A stretch of 64,000 nucleotides of DNA from Bugula neritina (lineage: Eukaryota > Animalia > Bryozoa): contig CAXIUT010000110.1 in assembly GCA_964035545.1 (NCBI GenBank), positions 1-64,000 of the forward strand, read 5' to 3'. The number at the start of each line of letters is the position of its first letter. Position 1 is the first letter of the stretch. The translations under genes and the position numbers were made by a program. Positions 1-15,500 of the stretch are shown piece after piece. The notes below the pieces were generated by a model. That model saw only the letters and a program-made list of their open reading frames with translations. It was not told the origin of the DNA and made no database searches.

Positions 1-870
1 AATTTAAAATAGACTTAAAAATTTCTACAACTATAGATAAAAATAAAAACAAATCTGATAAAATTTAATTGATAAATGAGAAAACTTTTGATTTACGAAG
101 CTAGTTGAATGATAATGATTATAGTCAGTAACTTGTGTTTTGAATTTCAACATATTTTTTGTCGACTTGATGTCAAATCACTCAATATTTATAGCTACAT
201 GTGCTATTGAATGTTATGGGGTATTATGGTGGGAGTAACACTAAGTTTAGGAAATCTCAAGAACAAATGGTGAAAGTGCTCCAACTCCTGCACACCCCTT
301 CACCTCACTTCTGCCAGTTTTTAACTGATGGTTTCATGTAAATTTAAACATCAGCTTTCATTTTTACAGGGAAGATATTTAAGGTTTGAATAAGACATTG
401 GTTTCCCTTTGATTTCAGCCTAAAATTAATGTTATAATTGTATTAGTTAAGGCAAGCTTTAGAAATAAAGAGTGGCAGTGTTGGGCCTTGTACCAGAGCC
501 ATATAGCCAGATGTTAGGGTCTGCAGCTTACTGAGAATTGGCTGTGTGCTAATCACAAAAGTTTCTATATTTAAATACAACTTTATTAAAAAAAACAAGT
601 TGCAATAAGTTTAAAATACAAATTTATTTTAAGTTTAAATGCTAGCTGTCCCTAACACAAGTGATGCATTTGTAATAATAGTTATAGTATCTTATTGGAA
701 CTTTTTGTTTTAATGATTAAATTTAGTCAGAATACGTAATATAATATTAACTATGTACATAGGTTTTTTACCATATATAGTATATTATTTTTCTAGTGTA
801 GTTCCACACACACACTATATGAACGTAATATACATTAAAGTTATGAATATCAATTTACCATCTACTTCAG

Positions 871-3800
871 GAGGTTGCAGAAAAGTATGTGGAAGCACTC
901 TACCAAATTGCAGCCATAAATGCAAACTCCTTTGTCATGTGACAGATAGCTCACACGTGAAGTATCTCTGCGAAGAAAAATGTGAAAAAACATGCAGAGC
1001 TGGTCGTCATCCCTGTGCAGGTGAATGCAAGTTATATTTTATATAGTATTTCCTAACAATTATGAGTTTGTTGCAAAAGCAGCCTAGAGGTTAAAATATT
1101 TGGTTTAGCAAACTGACAGTCATGGGTTCAAACCCCAGTAAAGGCCATTCGTGTATTTAATATACTCTTCTACACTATCACCATGAAGTCTACAATAAGG
1201 TATTAGGTATAAGTTGAGCTGTAATAAACTGCAAGGTATACAAAAATAATACAGAAAAACATGTACACAAAGTTATAATATATCACCCTAATTATAATAA
1301 AGATAACATAATTAATTTAAATATGAAATAACCACAAAATTATACAATGAAAAGCAAAAAAAGTATAAATTTGATATGTGCCATTTGTAGCTATGCTTGC
1401 TAAACATCTTTTACTCTTTATGATTTTATAAAGTTATATTGACATTAGTTTTTTATTTAACTGGCTTTTCTAAATGTTTTAAAGCTACTATATTTCACTC
1501 AGACAGTGTGCGTCTAATTAATATACCCTTAAACTAAATCTATAGTCAAACACCAGCAAAAAGTCAACAGTATAATATGTTTTAACTGCACTAATTTCAA
1601 TTGTTAGACTTCATGTATGAGATCTAACTCTGCTATTATAAAAGAACTGATGAATCCTTCGCACACCTTGTTTATGCAGTATTAGAATATTCATATACAT
1701 CTTAGCTATCATCTGCAGACTGTTTGAGGGTTGTATGCTTAAACAATCTTATTTTATAATATTTTTTACAAACCATGCAGTCTTGGAAAAAAATTGAAAT
1801 TTCTGATCCAATTCTGATAAAGTTTCCAGTCTTTTGAAGTATGTGGTCTTATAAAACTAATATACTAACAATTGCTAGCTTTTACAACTCAGCCTAGTCA
1901 CCAACATAACTTTAAATTTCAAAGTTTAAACTGTAAATCACTTTTCAGTAATTTAAATTCCAGCTTAGTCTCTTTGCTTTGCTTTAGGATTCATACATAT
2001 TAGTTTAAATATCAATACCTATGTCAATTTTAGGCAAATGCTTTGATGAACCATGTCCAAAATGCCGAAAACTTTGTGAAGTAAAGTTACCATGCTCTCA
2101 TACTTATGTTGTTACCTGCGAGAAAGTAGATAACGTGGAGAAATGCAAGCGCCATTGCTTAAAACCACTTAAATGTGGACATAAATGCCAAAAAATGTAA
2201 GTGTGAAATATATAGGTATAGGATCGTGCCAATTAATTTTTATGTCTCTTTGTTGATATGTGTTAAATATAAGGTAAAATTTCTACCACTTGGATTCATT
2301 TTGAGTTGAAGCTTTGCACAGATGTCAACTAAATGTTCTGCCAATGTAAAAAAATAGAATGGGGTAATTTTCTCTACAGAGACATTATTAGAAAAAGTAA
2401 AATCCCATATCATATATCTGCATTGGCTTTAATGTCTCATGTTGAAAATTATCAATATTAGATTATTATCCATTTTAAAAAATGTATACTAAATTTTCCT
2501 GGTAATTAAAAACGCATTTAAATTAGGTATCTATATATAGTTTATATTTTTTCTGAAGATGTTCAGAGCCATGTACAGAGGAATGTTCCCAGCTGGTGGA
2601 GGTAACATGTTCCGAATGTGAGGAGATACAGACTGTAACTTGTCATATCTCTACTAACCCAGAGCTGTTCGAGTGTGCAGCTCCCTGTACTGGGATATTA
2701 GACTGTGGTCACAAGTGTAGAGGAACATGTTATTCCTGGTAAGAGTAAACTTTATATCTTATGACTTACTTCAATCATAATTTTTATATCACTCTAAATA
2801 GTGCAAGGTGCTTATAAATTTATTTACTTGCTTTACTGAAAAACAGTAGAAAACTGCAAAACATCAAAACCCCACAGGCATGTCTTTTAGCTAAAGAATA
2901 TATGTAACAGTGCAGATTTACATAGCTCACTTTATTTATGCTTATTTTTGCAATTTGAGTAAACAATATTTTTTCATCTAACTTTGCAAGTGATGCCATA
3001 AGCTGCCAGTACGAAACATAAAGTGTATCAATCTTGACAATTTTTTCCAGTTCGACTAGTAAAAATGAACTGCAAAATATAAAACCCTATAAGTAACAAC
3101 TAATCTGCTAGCATTTGCTGCATAACCTAAAGAAATAATAGTTCCCATGTTTTGTAGTCTAGAAAATCAACATACAGCTTGTCAGGAGAAATGTGGTGCT
3201 AAGTTGTCTTGTGGACATGACTGCACAGAGATTTGCGGAAATTGGTAAACCTGAAACTATTAAATTATAATTTGGTGAACTAATAAAGTTTACGGACTAG
3301 AAAACACCTAGTTGAAGTGTTGCAGGTCTTTGAGCTTTCTGCTAGTCACAAAATATTAAACTTGTTAGCAATTACTTTTTAGCATTTACAGTAGACACTT
3401 GGAATTTAGATGTATTTGTTCAATTATTGGAAAACTAACAACATATTTAAAAGCATAATTAGACAGTTTTAGGGCAATTTTATTTTGATGGCACTTAGAA
3501 ATTATTGTGTATAGGTTGTTCTAATCTTAATAATTTAATCACTCTAAAAGCTACGTGCTTCTTTAACTGATGCTGCCAAATGCATGTGCACCAAAGCTTA
3601 TACACACAAACACAGCACACAGCACACATTTAAATTTTAATTTAATTATAAATATGTCCAAGAAGCATCAGAGTGACAAAATCGAAACCGAGTGAAATCT
3701 ACTTGTTGATACAATTAGTGAAACATAACAATGTTTCAAAGTTATAACCCCTATTAGGCCCAATAATTGGCTGAATTTAAATATTAAATGCATAGAATAA

Positions 3801-6800
3801 AATTTAAATGTAAACTATATTCATTAAAGAAAGTTCAAAGTGACATATATGTTTTGAATATTTATTGCCTCATTACAATTTTAGCCAAGATGAAGATCAC
3901 CCTCCCTGCAAACATTCATGTGATGAAAAGCTAAGCTGTGGTCACATTTGTACAGAGATCTGTTCAGATTGGTAGGTTTTAGCTTTTTTCTAGTTTTTAA
4001 AAAGTTGGGAGATTGAACTTGATTTAGGGGAAACCTGCGGGTGAAATGAACCACCCGGGTGATATGGACCATGCATGTTTTGCAGTATCTAAGGTTACCA
4101 GAAAGTTGGAAAGTGTCTTATTGTTTAGAAATAGGAATATCTAAATTCCTGTCTACATATTTCAAGTTTGTCTCTTTGTCTTAGAAAATAAAAACAAATT
4201 TTCTCTTTTTGCTCATTTTCTTATAACTTTTCACAACTTTTGTGGATCTATTTTCATTGAAAAAAATTACCTGAAGTAAGGGGCCTGTATCTACAGATAA
4301 TGTGTGGAAGGTATGTATAAATACCCAAATAGTATAGATAATTCTTGTCCACTCTCTGTCTGTAGGAATTCAAAATTTTTGGTGACATGATTTTTGGGTG
4401 ATATGAACCGCCACTTGGGGGGTGTTATGGACCGTGGATCATATCACTCAGGAAATTGAATATTTCTTTTTATATACTTGTTTGGAGAAAAATAACACTA
4501 TTTCTCAAGTATTTCAAACTAAATATTGATTAAACAACATTATATAACCAGTAGCTGTAGAATGTGTGCTTGAAATGTTCATACTCATGCAATGTATTCT
4601 AGATGCCAAGATATTCTTTCAAAAATATTTGAAATGCTTGGAGTTAGGTGGCACTAAAAGAACCTGTTACACACCTATTTTAGATCTATTGTTTTATGTT
4701 ACTTTTTAATATAGCAAAATACATTGTCAACACCAAAAAGCTGACTTTATGTGACAAAGTCTGTGGTGGCCCATATCACCCGAATTTTCAAAAAATCTCC
4801 GGGTGATATGGTCCACCAATTTTCAATCATAGCTCAGTCAAGCATCTGTATAGGAGCTCATAATTCTGTTTGTATGTCAGTAGAGATAGCACCCACATGT
4901 TGAAATACTAATTTTCAATCAACCATAGTCAGTATGGGCTGTGGGCTTAAGTGGCCCATATCACCCAGGTTTCCCTTACCAACTTGTTCCTTTAATTTTG
5001 TGCAGTAGCAACTCTGATGAGCATGCACCATGCAATGCTGTCTGTAAGAAAATACTAGATTGTGGCCATGAATGTGAAAGAAGATGCAAAACCTGTCAGG
5101 CTGAGAAAAGCCATGGAGATTGCAACGAAAAATGTCAGCTCAGGTGCGTATTGCATTCTCTTATTTTTTTAGAGCATCTATCATTTTATATATTATTATA
5201 AAGTTTTTGAATATTTAGCTATAGCTATGAAACGTGTTTTAATTATTAGGAAATTACTGTGGTATTTGTTCACTTTTTAGAAGTCTTGAAATTATTGCAT
5301 CATTAGATTTCACAATCCTGCTTTCAGATGCAGTCATGGTAAAGCATGTGAAGCAAAATGCTATGAGTTATGTCACTATCCATGTAAGACGTTCTGTTCA
5401 TGGGGTTGCTTGACATGTGGCACCTGCAAACGTAGATGTGGGGAACCTTGCAAGCACATTAACTGCACTTGCCGATGCTCATACAAAATTCACTGCAAAA
5501 TGTGTCATAAGGTAAAGTAATTTGTGTTTGCTATATATAAAAACAAACTTGAAAATAATCAATATAAGCTCTTTTACCAAAAAAGCTTCAGTATATTAGA
5601 AATATATAACTTTTTATATATAAAAAGAATTTTTTTTGTACTACTTCTAATAGAATTTTAAAACATTTTCAAGTCTTTTCAATGTTTTTTCTATAAGATT
5701 AATATTTGTAAGGTTTTCAAGTAAACTTTATACTAACCACATGTTAATTTCCGTATCACAAGTGCATAAACTATTTTAGAAATTATTGAACATTGACCAC
5801 TCACATTTTTTTGCAAAATTCATTAGCTGCAGTTTTTTAGCTTTTAGATTTGTATGTGTCACAGTTTGAACTATATGAATTTTTTTAATCTGGAATATTT
5901 GACAATTTTTTCACACCATAATAAAAATAAAATGCTCACATGAAAATAATCACGTATATAAAACAGCAGTAACTGATATTCTAGTGTGCTATAATGCTAA
6001 ACTAGTTGTTGCTTATTGTTGACACTTAATAAAAGTACATATTTTTGAGGCTCTACTTTTAGTTTCATTAAAATCATTATTTTGATCCTTTCGTGTTCAT
6101 AGCTTAATTTAGCACATCCATTATTTTGCTCATTCTAGAAGATCAACTGCCATGGTTTAAAGGGAGAGCCGTGCCCTGAGCTATGCTCATCTTGTGCCAA
6201 CTCTTTAATGAAAACTAATAAAAATAAATTGCCCGAAGCTATAGACAGAGAAGAACCTCTGAGATGGCTAAAGCTGGTTGACTGTGACCATATTCTTCCT
6301 GTGAGTGAGGAATAGGCTGATTCTTATACATCTTGTGTGTATAACACCAGCACTCATTAGCTCTTTGCAATGCGACTGCTATGAAAATGTTACATTATTT
6401 AATATGTTGAATATGCTGCAATAATTGAGCAGTTATATTATTCATACACCAATGTTTCATAACAGCAAAATTTTATTAGACATGATTTAAAATTGCAATT
6501 GAAACATGTTTCACATATAAATGTGTTATATAAGCACTAATAACAGGATTTTAGTGACTAAATTTTTTTCTTAAATTATGCAGCAAGACTTATAACTCCT
6601 AACTGCTCTATTAGTCATCTACTGCCGTTTGAAAATGACTAGATTTCGTAAGTAGAAAATTTTTTTTACACACTTTAGAAACATTATAAAAACTATAATA
6701 ACGTATTTATATTAGTCCACATTTGAATTCTGTTCAAACTTATAAGTATCTGAGTTAAAAGTGAGTTAGCTGCATATTGAACAGAAAACAATTAAAATGG

Positions 6801-7523
6801 TAACATACAGTACTGTTACTAATCAATGTTTCACTAACATCAATTGTTTATAATAATATGCTAAAATAATAAATTGAACTTTGAGCAATTAAAATAATAA
6901 AAGATATTTATGCTGAGAAGTGTGGCTATTGAAACATTGCAGCTGGAGTATATGGAGAAGGCAGCAAGATCCAGTAGTTCAGGACGAGTCTTATGTCCAT
7001 ATAATGATTGTGGTAAAGCAGTACTAAGCACTAAGAGGATGATAAAAATTGCCTGGGAGGTGAAATGTGACCAGGTCCAGAAGATAGAGAAATGCATGGA
7101 TACCAGAAAAGATGGGCACAGTGTCTCTAAAAAAAGACCTGCTGTTGATGCTTCAACAGCAGACAACTCCAAAAGAAAAAAGTCTGAGAGGCCAAGTGAA
7201 AAAAATGCTTGGCTAAACATATGTTATGAGCGACACAACGCCCACTCAGCAAAAAGTAAATTTTGCTTTTATATGATGCATTAGTGTAGCAAATTATAAA
7301 TTAACTACTTAGGTTTTTAATTTAATTTTTTCACAATAAAAACTAATTGCGCCATGCATATAATAAATTAGGCAAAGAAAAGGACTACAAACTATAATAA
7401 AAGAAATGTGCAACATAAACATATTATTTCTACTGTATCTCATTTGTTTTTCAATTTTTTCACATATAGGCTACACTATAACATACTTTGAAATACCACA
7501 TTGTGGGACAATGTATATTGCAA
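871..7523 (+). CDS. ZNFX1: ZNFX1-like gene, paralog A, 3' exons only (NF-X1-type zinc-finger array and RING-like C-terminus); 5' part lies upstream of the window
   Basis: GT-AG, phase-compatible exons 871-1020, 2034-2196, 2559-2738, 3158-3244, 3885-3971, 5006-5143, 5328-5511, 6139-6300, 6943-7255 and probably 7470-7523. They encode repeated LxCGHxC motifs and DCDHILP|LEYME...CPYNDC. Exon-by-exon match to paralog B at 55843-61864. Terminal exon is uncertain. Confidence 0.88.
4027..4976. mobile_element. Non-autonomous DNA transposon (MITE, about 950 bp) present only in paralog A
   Basis: TIR GGGGAAACCTG...CAGGTTTCCC(T); TA (or TTA) target duplication; repeated internal GGGTGATATGGACC-like motifs. 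The orthologous intron of paralog B (about 59365, gatttaccaac) is the empty site. Confidence 0.85.
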
Positions 7524-8029
7524 GTAAAGTTATAGGAAATGCATACAAGCTTAATGAAAGACAAACTAGACTTTTGTCCGCAATTCTCGAATCATTGTTA
7601 AGTTGCCACTTTTTTATATGTTAATTGATAACAAGTTACATAATTCTACTGCTGAAAATTGAATCTGGTGTACTAAACACATGCATTATTAAAGCTAAAA
7701 GTCAGCATAGACACAGACAATCATTATTCCAAACACAATGCTTTAGACACTAGGTATATTTAGTGTGTACCTGTATAACTTTATAGTACTTTTATGAAGT
7801 TCCTTTTTTCAAAAATTCTATAGTAGAAACACTGAGTATCTCGTACTTATAACATAATATATACCATTATATAATTATATATGTATATTATGTAGATACA
7901 AGCTATAACGAAAGAGATAGGAGAAAGAAAATTGAATACATGGATATCAACATGTTTTTTGGCTAAATACAAATGCAATTACAATGCTGTATATAACTGT
8001 ACTATTATGTTATGATATAATAATTAACT

Positions 8030-8080
<51 letters not shown>

Positions 8081-8085
<5 letters not shown>

Positions 8086-8302
8086 TTACGAGCTAGCAAT
8101 TTGATTATAAATAGGTATACGAGAAACATTGTTGTTTTTTTTTTTTTACTTTATTAGGTAAAGTAATTACACTGATATTTCGGGTACCACTGTACCCATC
8201 TTCAGAGTAGCAATGAAGATGGGTACAGTGGTACCCGAAATATCAGTGTAATTACTTTACCTATAATAAAGTAAAAAAAAAACAACAATGTTTCTCGTAT
8301 AC

Positions 8303-8311
<9 letters not shown>
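8081..8311. mobile_element. Fold-back remnant of the Penelope family-1 pseudo-LTR, embedded in (TA)n
   Basis: Near-perfect palindrome with arms about 8106-8204 and 8214-8311 and loop gagtagcaa. Sequence matches the termini of the Penelope element at 26911-27045. Confidence 0.85.
8170..8209 (-). ncRNA. Minimal type-I hammerhead ribozyme (Penelope-associated)
   Basis: Minus strand reads TACT-CTGAAGA-T-GGGTAC-AGTG-GTACCC-GAAA-TA-TC^AGTG: intact core boxes, 6-bp stem II, vestigial palindromic stem III. Confidence 0.7.
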
Positions 8312-8357
<46 letters not shown>

Positions 8358-8364
8358 ATATATA

Positions 8365-8504
<140 letters not shown>

Positions 8505-9265
8505 TTATCATTTGTAATTTCATTGTTTGAGTGAATTCTATATACAGTACTGTTTTAGTTTACAAACTGTACTAAACAAATATTACTTTAGTAGACTAGA
8601 TTAATATATATAATGGTAATTTGAGTTTTTCTTCTGCGTTACCTCATCATTATACACCATTTTTTGCAGTTTTTAGTTTCGATAAAGCAAAATTTTTTTA
8701 TATCAGGGGCCATTCTATGATTTATTTTATGTTTTTAAACAGAATATGCCCTGTTTATTATAATTTTTGTATCTTACAAATCTAGCTAACCCGCATTACA
8801 AAATTTTCTTTTTTTACGTTTGAGTATTTTCAGTTATTAGTTGATTTGTTGAGTTTGGGAAAATGAATATAGTAAAAGTTTGAATAACATGGTTATTGAA
8901 TAGGACTATACTCTATAGGTTTTATCATTCAATTATGATAATTTTAACTTATAGCAGAGAGATACACAGCCGCGGTAGCCTATATTTACTCAAAGATGCA
9001 CCAGCTAATCAATGCAATACCATATTATGATCAGCAAAGAATTAGCAAAGTGTCACTTGGTTTTACTATTTATCAGAATTGAAAACTTTTGTAAGACTTC
9101 ATGGTATTTTTGTTATCTATAAATTTAAGCTTGCAAAGGAGCTGGTATATATATATTACCGTGTGTGTGTGCCCGTGTGTGTGTGCCTGTGTGTGCGTGC
9201 GTGCATGAGTGTGTGCATATATATATATATATATATAGTACATATATAATATATATAAAATATTC

Positions 9266-9341
<76 letters not shown>

Positions 9342-9349
<8 letters not shown>

Positions 9350-9473
9350 CAAGTACGGTATGTGAGTACATATGTTATATACTGTACGAACGACCTGATG
9401 ATCGTAGCTTGCACTATGTAGTCAATAAAAAGAATATATAAGTTTATTTTTATAACCAAAATTGTATCAGTAC

Positions 9474-9480
<7 letters not shown>
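9342..9480 (+). mobile_element. 3'-terminal fragment of Penelope family 2 with a partly deleted hammerhead, in (TA)n
   Basis: cgacctgatgatcgtagcttgcacta-tgtagtcaat...ccaaaattgtatcagtaccaaatat matches 25073-25175 but lacks the GAAACAATATT segment. Confidence 0.75.
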
Positions 9481-9528
<48 letters not shown>

Positions 9529-12500
9529 ATAGCACTTGATGTAAATTTTACTTCTACAGCAACAAGGTAAACAGATATCACCTTTCCGGATTACTGTTTC
9601 CTGCATTGGTAAATAGTTATTATTATTCTAAAATAATTTTGTTTTGTTAATTGCAGGTTCTAAATCTGCCTTTTAACGATGTGTGTGACTAGCAAAATAC
9701 GCATTGTTCATTATCAAACAAGTAATAAGTGTTAATAGCTATTTGAGAGATGAAACATTTCACATTCATGCGTTTGAAGCAATACTTCCTCTAACTATGT
9801 GCTGGAAATGAGCCATCAGCTGATAAAAACAGGTTAAACTTCAGTTTATATTAGAATAATGTCAAACCAGTTAATAAAATGCAATAATATTGGGTGAAAA
9901 GGCAACGTTCTAAAATGGGGGAGATAACTCCGATTTTGACGTTTTTGATTTTCAGAGCTGTAAAAAAGTTCTGATGGTCAGAATATACTAGAAATTAGTG
10001 TGACTTATAAGGACACTAAAGAGTGTCTACATGCTAAAAATTACCATTCTAGATGCTACAACAAAAAAGTGGCGGCTTAGAAAATATCAGGTACATCCAA
10101 AAAAGCAATACATTATGCCATAGGCTCCGCCCACCTATTAATTTTTAGTCACAATTTTTTTATGAAATACTTTCATAGGTGTACAACATATCCAAAAATT
10201 ATTTTTAAATTTTAAACTCAAATTACTCAATTAATTGCATATTTAAAATTTCATGATGCCCCTAAAAAATTCGCCAACCCCTGTATATCCACCCCTTTCA
10301 AGCGAGAACCCCCCCCCCAGATACAAAAAAGTTACTTGCAGATTTGAAATCAATAGAATGTTGGCTTCGCAGTGATATATAGCAACAAAGGTTAGTATCA
10401 ATGTGCTCCACCCGCCCATTTTTGCATGTTGGCACCCCCATTATAAGTAATGCAAATATAAACCACAAAGTAGGGGCATGTCTATGCACTAAATTAAAGT
10501 GCATCTCATAGCCACCCATCATTTTCTTTAGTACAAAGTGGGTAGTTCCAGTACTTCTCAATCAGAAATGTTCTGAAAAGTGAACAATCATCTCCATATT
10601 TAAACATTGAATTCGAATAAATTTATCTGAGCTGAGAAGGAGCATAGAAAGTACTGTATGTTTATTATTCTTATATACACAATAGTCAAACTCTAAGCCC
10701 TATAGTGCTAAATTAAAATTTAGGAAAGCCAGTTTATCTGTTCCAAGCATATTTTTTTAATATGATGTCCAATAAATTGGCAATAAATATAACTCACTGC
10801 CTTTCATGTTTTGTGTGGTCTTTTGAAGCTTCACAGCTAAGATAGACTATAAATAGTTTATAATGTAATTTCATCTGAGGATTGTATATGTTAAAAAGAT
10901 AGCATAATGCTGTCAGAAAGTAGTTCTGTGCTGTTTGCCAAATGCCAATGGCTTTGTGCTTTGCCTGTATTGATAAGTATAAGTTTAATTATGTAACAGG
11001 TATTTTCATATAGACATTGCAGTATGTATGCAATTTTACAAAACAAAAAAAGTCTTATATTAGTTATGTGTGTACCAGTCTGGTTGCATATGGACACCTT
11101 AAGCAGAAAAATATATAAATCAATTAAATATTATGCAAAAGTAAATAACTAAAATTTTTTGCTTTGATTTATTAAAACAACTGACAATATACTTTGTAAA
11201 ACTTTGTAAGCAATCCAGTGTGAAAAAGTTAGTTAAACAATTGGGCGTTGCTTATTCATTCCAGGTTGCAATTAAAAAATTTAAATCAAATAAACTTAAA
11301 ATTTGCCCCAAACGAAAAAAAAGAATGCATGCAAAATGTTTTCCAGCAGCATTTACAAGTGCATTGCATAGTTTTCCTTCTTTTAATCATAATCTTATTT
11401 TTCTATTTCCACATATCTACTGTTTTATATATTATCTGCTTCATAAAACAACTTTTGCCACCACTAGGATTCGAATCCGAGACCTCTAGCTTGTGTCAGA
11501 TTAAAAAATACATAGTGCCTTTGCAGAGTAGATACTGTAGAATTCATAGAGAATAATATGCTGGTAATGATTATAGTGGAGTTAACCATTCATGTAGGCT
11601 ATGTGTGGTAAATAACTTACCAAGTAAATGTAATTCATAATATTAGCACAATCTGATGTTTATCAATGGAAATAGAGGTAATGAAAGTGAGTGGAACTTT
11701 AATGAAGTCTACATGGAAAGTAACTAAGCTAAATAGTGGTAGTTAATTATAACATAATTCTCAGAAAGTTCTTAGAAAGTGAACTATTCTTGGGAGAGTA
11801 AGTAATTGTAGATATATGAGGTTTTCTTTCTTTTTGTTTAACTCTTATAACTTCTGTATTTCACAAGTTATACCTTTAAGATATTTCACCAGCTCGCTGA
11901 AATACAACTTTGTCTTTTTGAGACTTTCAGTAAGATGACTGCTGTGACCGGTTGACATAAAATTTATAAATTATTATATTTGCTCCACCACAGGGTATGT
12001 AGACTACACTGCATCTACAGCATTCAAGAAAAAGTATGGAATACATATTCTGGAAGCAATAGACTTGTTACTTGAGTAAATTTGAAACTGAAATATGCAA
12101 ATTTAAATGAGCTAGGCTTCATGATCCTGCATGAAAATTGCTCTCAAGTCTAAACAAAAAATGCTTTAATTAATTAATATACCAAACATAGGATTTCTAG
12201 CCCTTTGAATAATGCAAATATAATAATATGCTTATAGTAATGTGGTATTATATACAAGTAATTGTGGTATAGGAATAATTATACGTACATGCCTTGTTCA
12301 CAGCTTTCCATGCTCTTGGATAGTCAACACCGATCTGAGACCAGCAGCTCAGTTAGTTAAGTACAACATATCTGTATCTGCTGTTTAATTTTGTTAAATA
12401 CACAATGGCTGATAAGTTTCCAGTGATCACAAAATCGATACGAAAAATTATAGTTACTGATTATGATGATGAAATTCAAAAATAGAAGGAGGCTCGGAGG

Positions 12501-15500
12501 TTAAAAGAAAAGAAAGAAAAGGCATTAGCTATAAGTGTTACGAATGTAGGTGATAAGTGGGGGCAATGCTATTTTATTAATATTTTATTATTACTATATC
12601 ATTGCTGCTATATTATTACCACTATGTTACTACTATTATATTATTACTATTATATTATTTTATTACTATATTATTGCTGCTATATATCATATTACCACTA
12701 TATTACTATACTTGCATGCTATGTTGATCCTCCTAAATTCTTACTATAAGATTTTTACTTACTCTATTTACTACTTTGAAAATTTTAATTAATGATCTAG
12801 CTCATCACTGATTATAGTTTTGCGCATTATAATAACACTCTACATTGCTTTAGTGTGTCGTAATATTATTTTTGAGTTGTATTTTGTTTAAGATGTTAAA
12901 TATTGGTGGCTGAATGGCCCAAGAGGCGTGGCATCATTATGTATATTGGAGAAGGTTTTTGGAGAGAACTGATGGTAGGAGTTGAGTATGACCGCTGGTA
13001 AGTTTTGCTTGTTTGGCAGAATTTTTATCTGCTGGAGTTTAGGCAGCACCTAATCACAGCTGCCAAGTTTAGACTCCTTGTAATATACACTGTAAAAAAT
13101 TTTTGTGTGTACTAGTTCTCAAGGAAAAAACCACACTTTAGAATATATACCCACTTGTGATGAGTCTGTGAGGGTAGACACAGTTTCAGCTTATGTTTTC
13201 GATTGTGTTTTTTATCTTTTTATCTAGTAACTCAAGCTTCAGCCTCTAATGTCTACCACATGTCTCGGAGCTTTAGTTTTTTTTTTGGTCCCTTAATTTA
13301 TCAATATAACATCTCTGATATGGTGGTCTGGTTAATATGAAAGAACTGGCCTTCTAATTTAGTTAAAAGCTGTATTGTAGGTCAAGGTCAATATTATTAT
13401 ATACTTGACCGCACAGTATAACATTGATATTGCATAAAAACTCATTGGGATTACTTATAAGCGTTGCATAAGCTAAGTTAATACAAATGCACAATATCAT
13501 ATTATACTATAAGTTGGTTACAAAGTCAACTTTTTTTGCATAACCTACTAAAAAAACTTTGGCAAACAGAAAAATTAAATATAATTAATAACAGCTGCAG
13601 TCTATTGCCGGAAAGTCTTGATTTATGAACAGTAAAAGTGTGTGAACTAAGAAAAGAAAAAAACTAACAATATTAATAAAATCAAGTTTAGTTCCACAGC
13701 AAAAGTTACAAAAAATCCTAGTTCAATAAATAAAAACTGCTAATAAGAGAGCTAAACTTTTGACCAAATATAACGGAGCAAAACTATAATCAATATAACA
13801 GTTAATCGCACTAATTCCAGTCTACTTAGTCAGCTTAAAATACTGCTTTTTATAATTTGCTGAAAGAAAAGAAGTGATTCAAAAACTTATCATACATGCA
13901 AAGTATAGCCACACCTTTTTTAGCTTTCAGCTATTCACTATTATATAAATAGTTTAAGCTTGTAGTACAGCTTATCTATCTACAAGTGAATTCGATGTAA
14001 TTTGTATAGTATATTGGTGAAATATTACATTAAAATGAAAAAAAAATAAAATACACTCCATATTTATACTAGTGCACTTTTTGTAAATAATAAAGTTGTT
14101 CAAGTTTAAAATTAAAATTATTTATATAGATCCTATTTTTTCTTTGAGAAATCTAATTTGTAGCTATCAAATTATTTTTACAAAATTCACACATGAAACA
14201 TTTAGTATCCTAAAAGCTGCATTTGAAAGTGTTTGTTTGAAAAAGTAATTTCATCAAACAATATGCTAATAATAAAACACACTTGTTAAATATTGGATAT
14301 AATAGCCTTAAAAATATGTAGATTGAGTGGTTATTTGGTGCTGAATTGTGCCTTCTTTCAAGTTAAAGAGCTGCGTGCATTTCATATGTTGAAATATAAC
14401 TTGATATATTTTTAAAAAAATGCCTAGCTGCTAAAATAAATAGAATTATGCTATATAATTCAATCATAAGTATAAAATTATTAAGTCATGCTATTTAAAT
14501 CAAAAGGAAGAAGGGAAATATTGTTTATGTTATTTACTAAGCTAATATTATTAGAACATTTTGAATTAATTAAGCTGTAAAATTAATATAATTATGTTAT
14601 AACGATGCTAAGTTGTGTATTCCTGCATCAGTTGTTGGAAGTTTAACACCATAGCTATTTAGCATTTTATAGTACAGTGCTCCTTCTATATCTTACAAAA
14701 ACTCAGAGGTCACTATAAAAGGGCTTAATTGGATCTTGTTTTGTGGCTTATGTATATGTGTATAGAGACAAAATAGCCACATGTAGTTGATCTGTGGGTT
14801 GAATGTGATATTCTACTGTGTCATAAATTAACATTTTGGACCTGCTGCTTATAGTGAAATATGGAGAGAGTACTGTACATTTGTTAGTCACCTATAATCA
14901 GTGATGGGGTTATTTTATTTAAAATCAATGTTATTTTGATTTTAGAGTTGTATTTCCCAAATTCTGGTCTAAACATATTTTTCATCAATCACCACAAGAC
15001 TCTGCCATATATTATTAAAAATTTAATTTATTTTATGTATCTAAACATTCTCAATTACATAAAAAACAGCATTGTTGTAAGAAAACTATCATTTTGCAAA
15101 ATCGAAAACATTAAGACAAGATAAAGTGCTTATGAGAAAGCGCATCAGTTTATAAAAGACAAGTTTCTTTTATCTCATATAAGTTATCGTTCTGCTAAAA
15201 CTCTCTGTGCTATCAGTTTGAGTAAAGCTCAACAGCTAGAGAACCATATGTATAGCTGTCTTACCAGTTATATGTATGTACAACATGGTACTATTGTATA
15301 TTGCTTGTATAGTAGAATTAAGTTATAGTGTGAAGGATGCCAAGGAAATAAAACACAAACCACCTGGCGCTGCTGCAAGTAAAAAGGCTTTTTATTAGCA
15401 ACTAGAATAGACAAAGCTAACGACAATGTTTTTTTTCTACATAACAATTAGTTTTTATTCTCTGTGCGGTATCCAGAGTCGGTGTTCTACAAACACAGTG

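Noticed and set aside
9560-9676. Possible terminal exons of paralog A (9560-9608, 9657-9676)
   Set aside because: Splice-like signals exist but the phase does not join directly to the 7523 donor and there is no counterpart visible for paralog B; unsupported.
11455-11500. tRNA-like B-box (GGATTCGAATCC); also an A-box-like motif at about 45440
   Set aside because: No full cloverleaf; at most SINE remnants, not tRNA genes.
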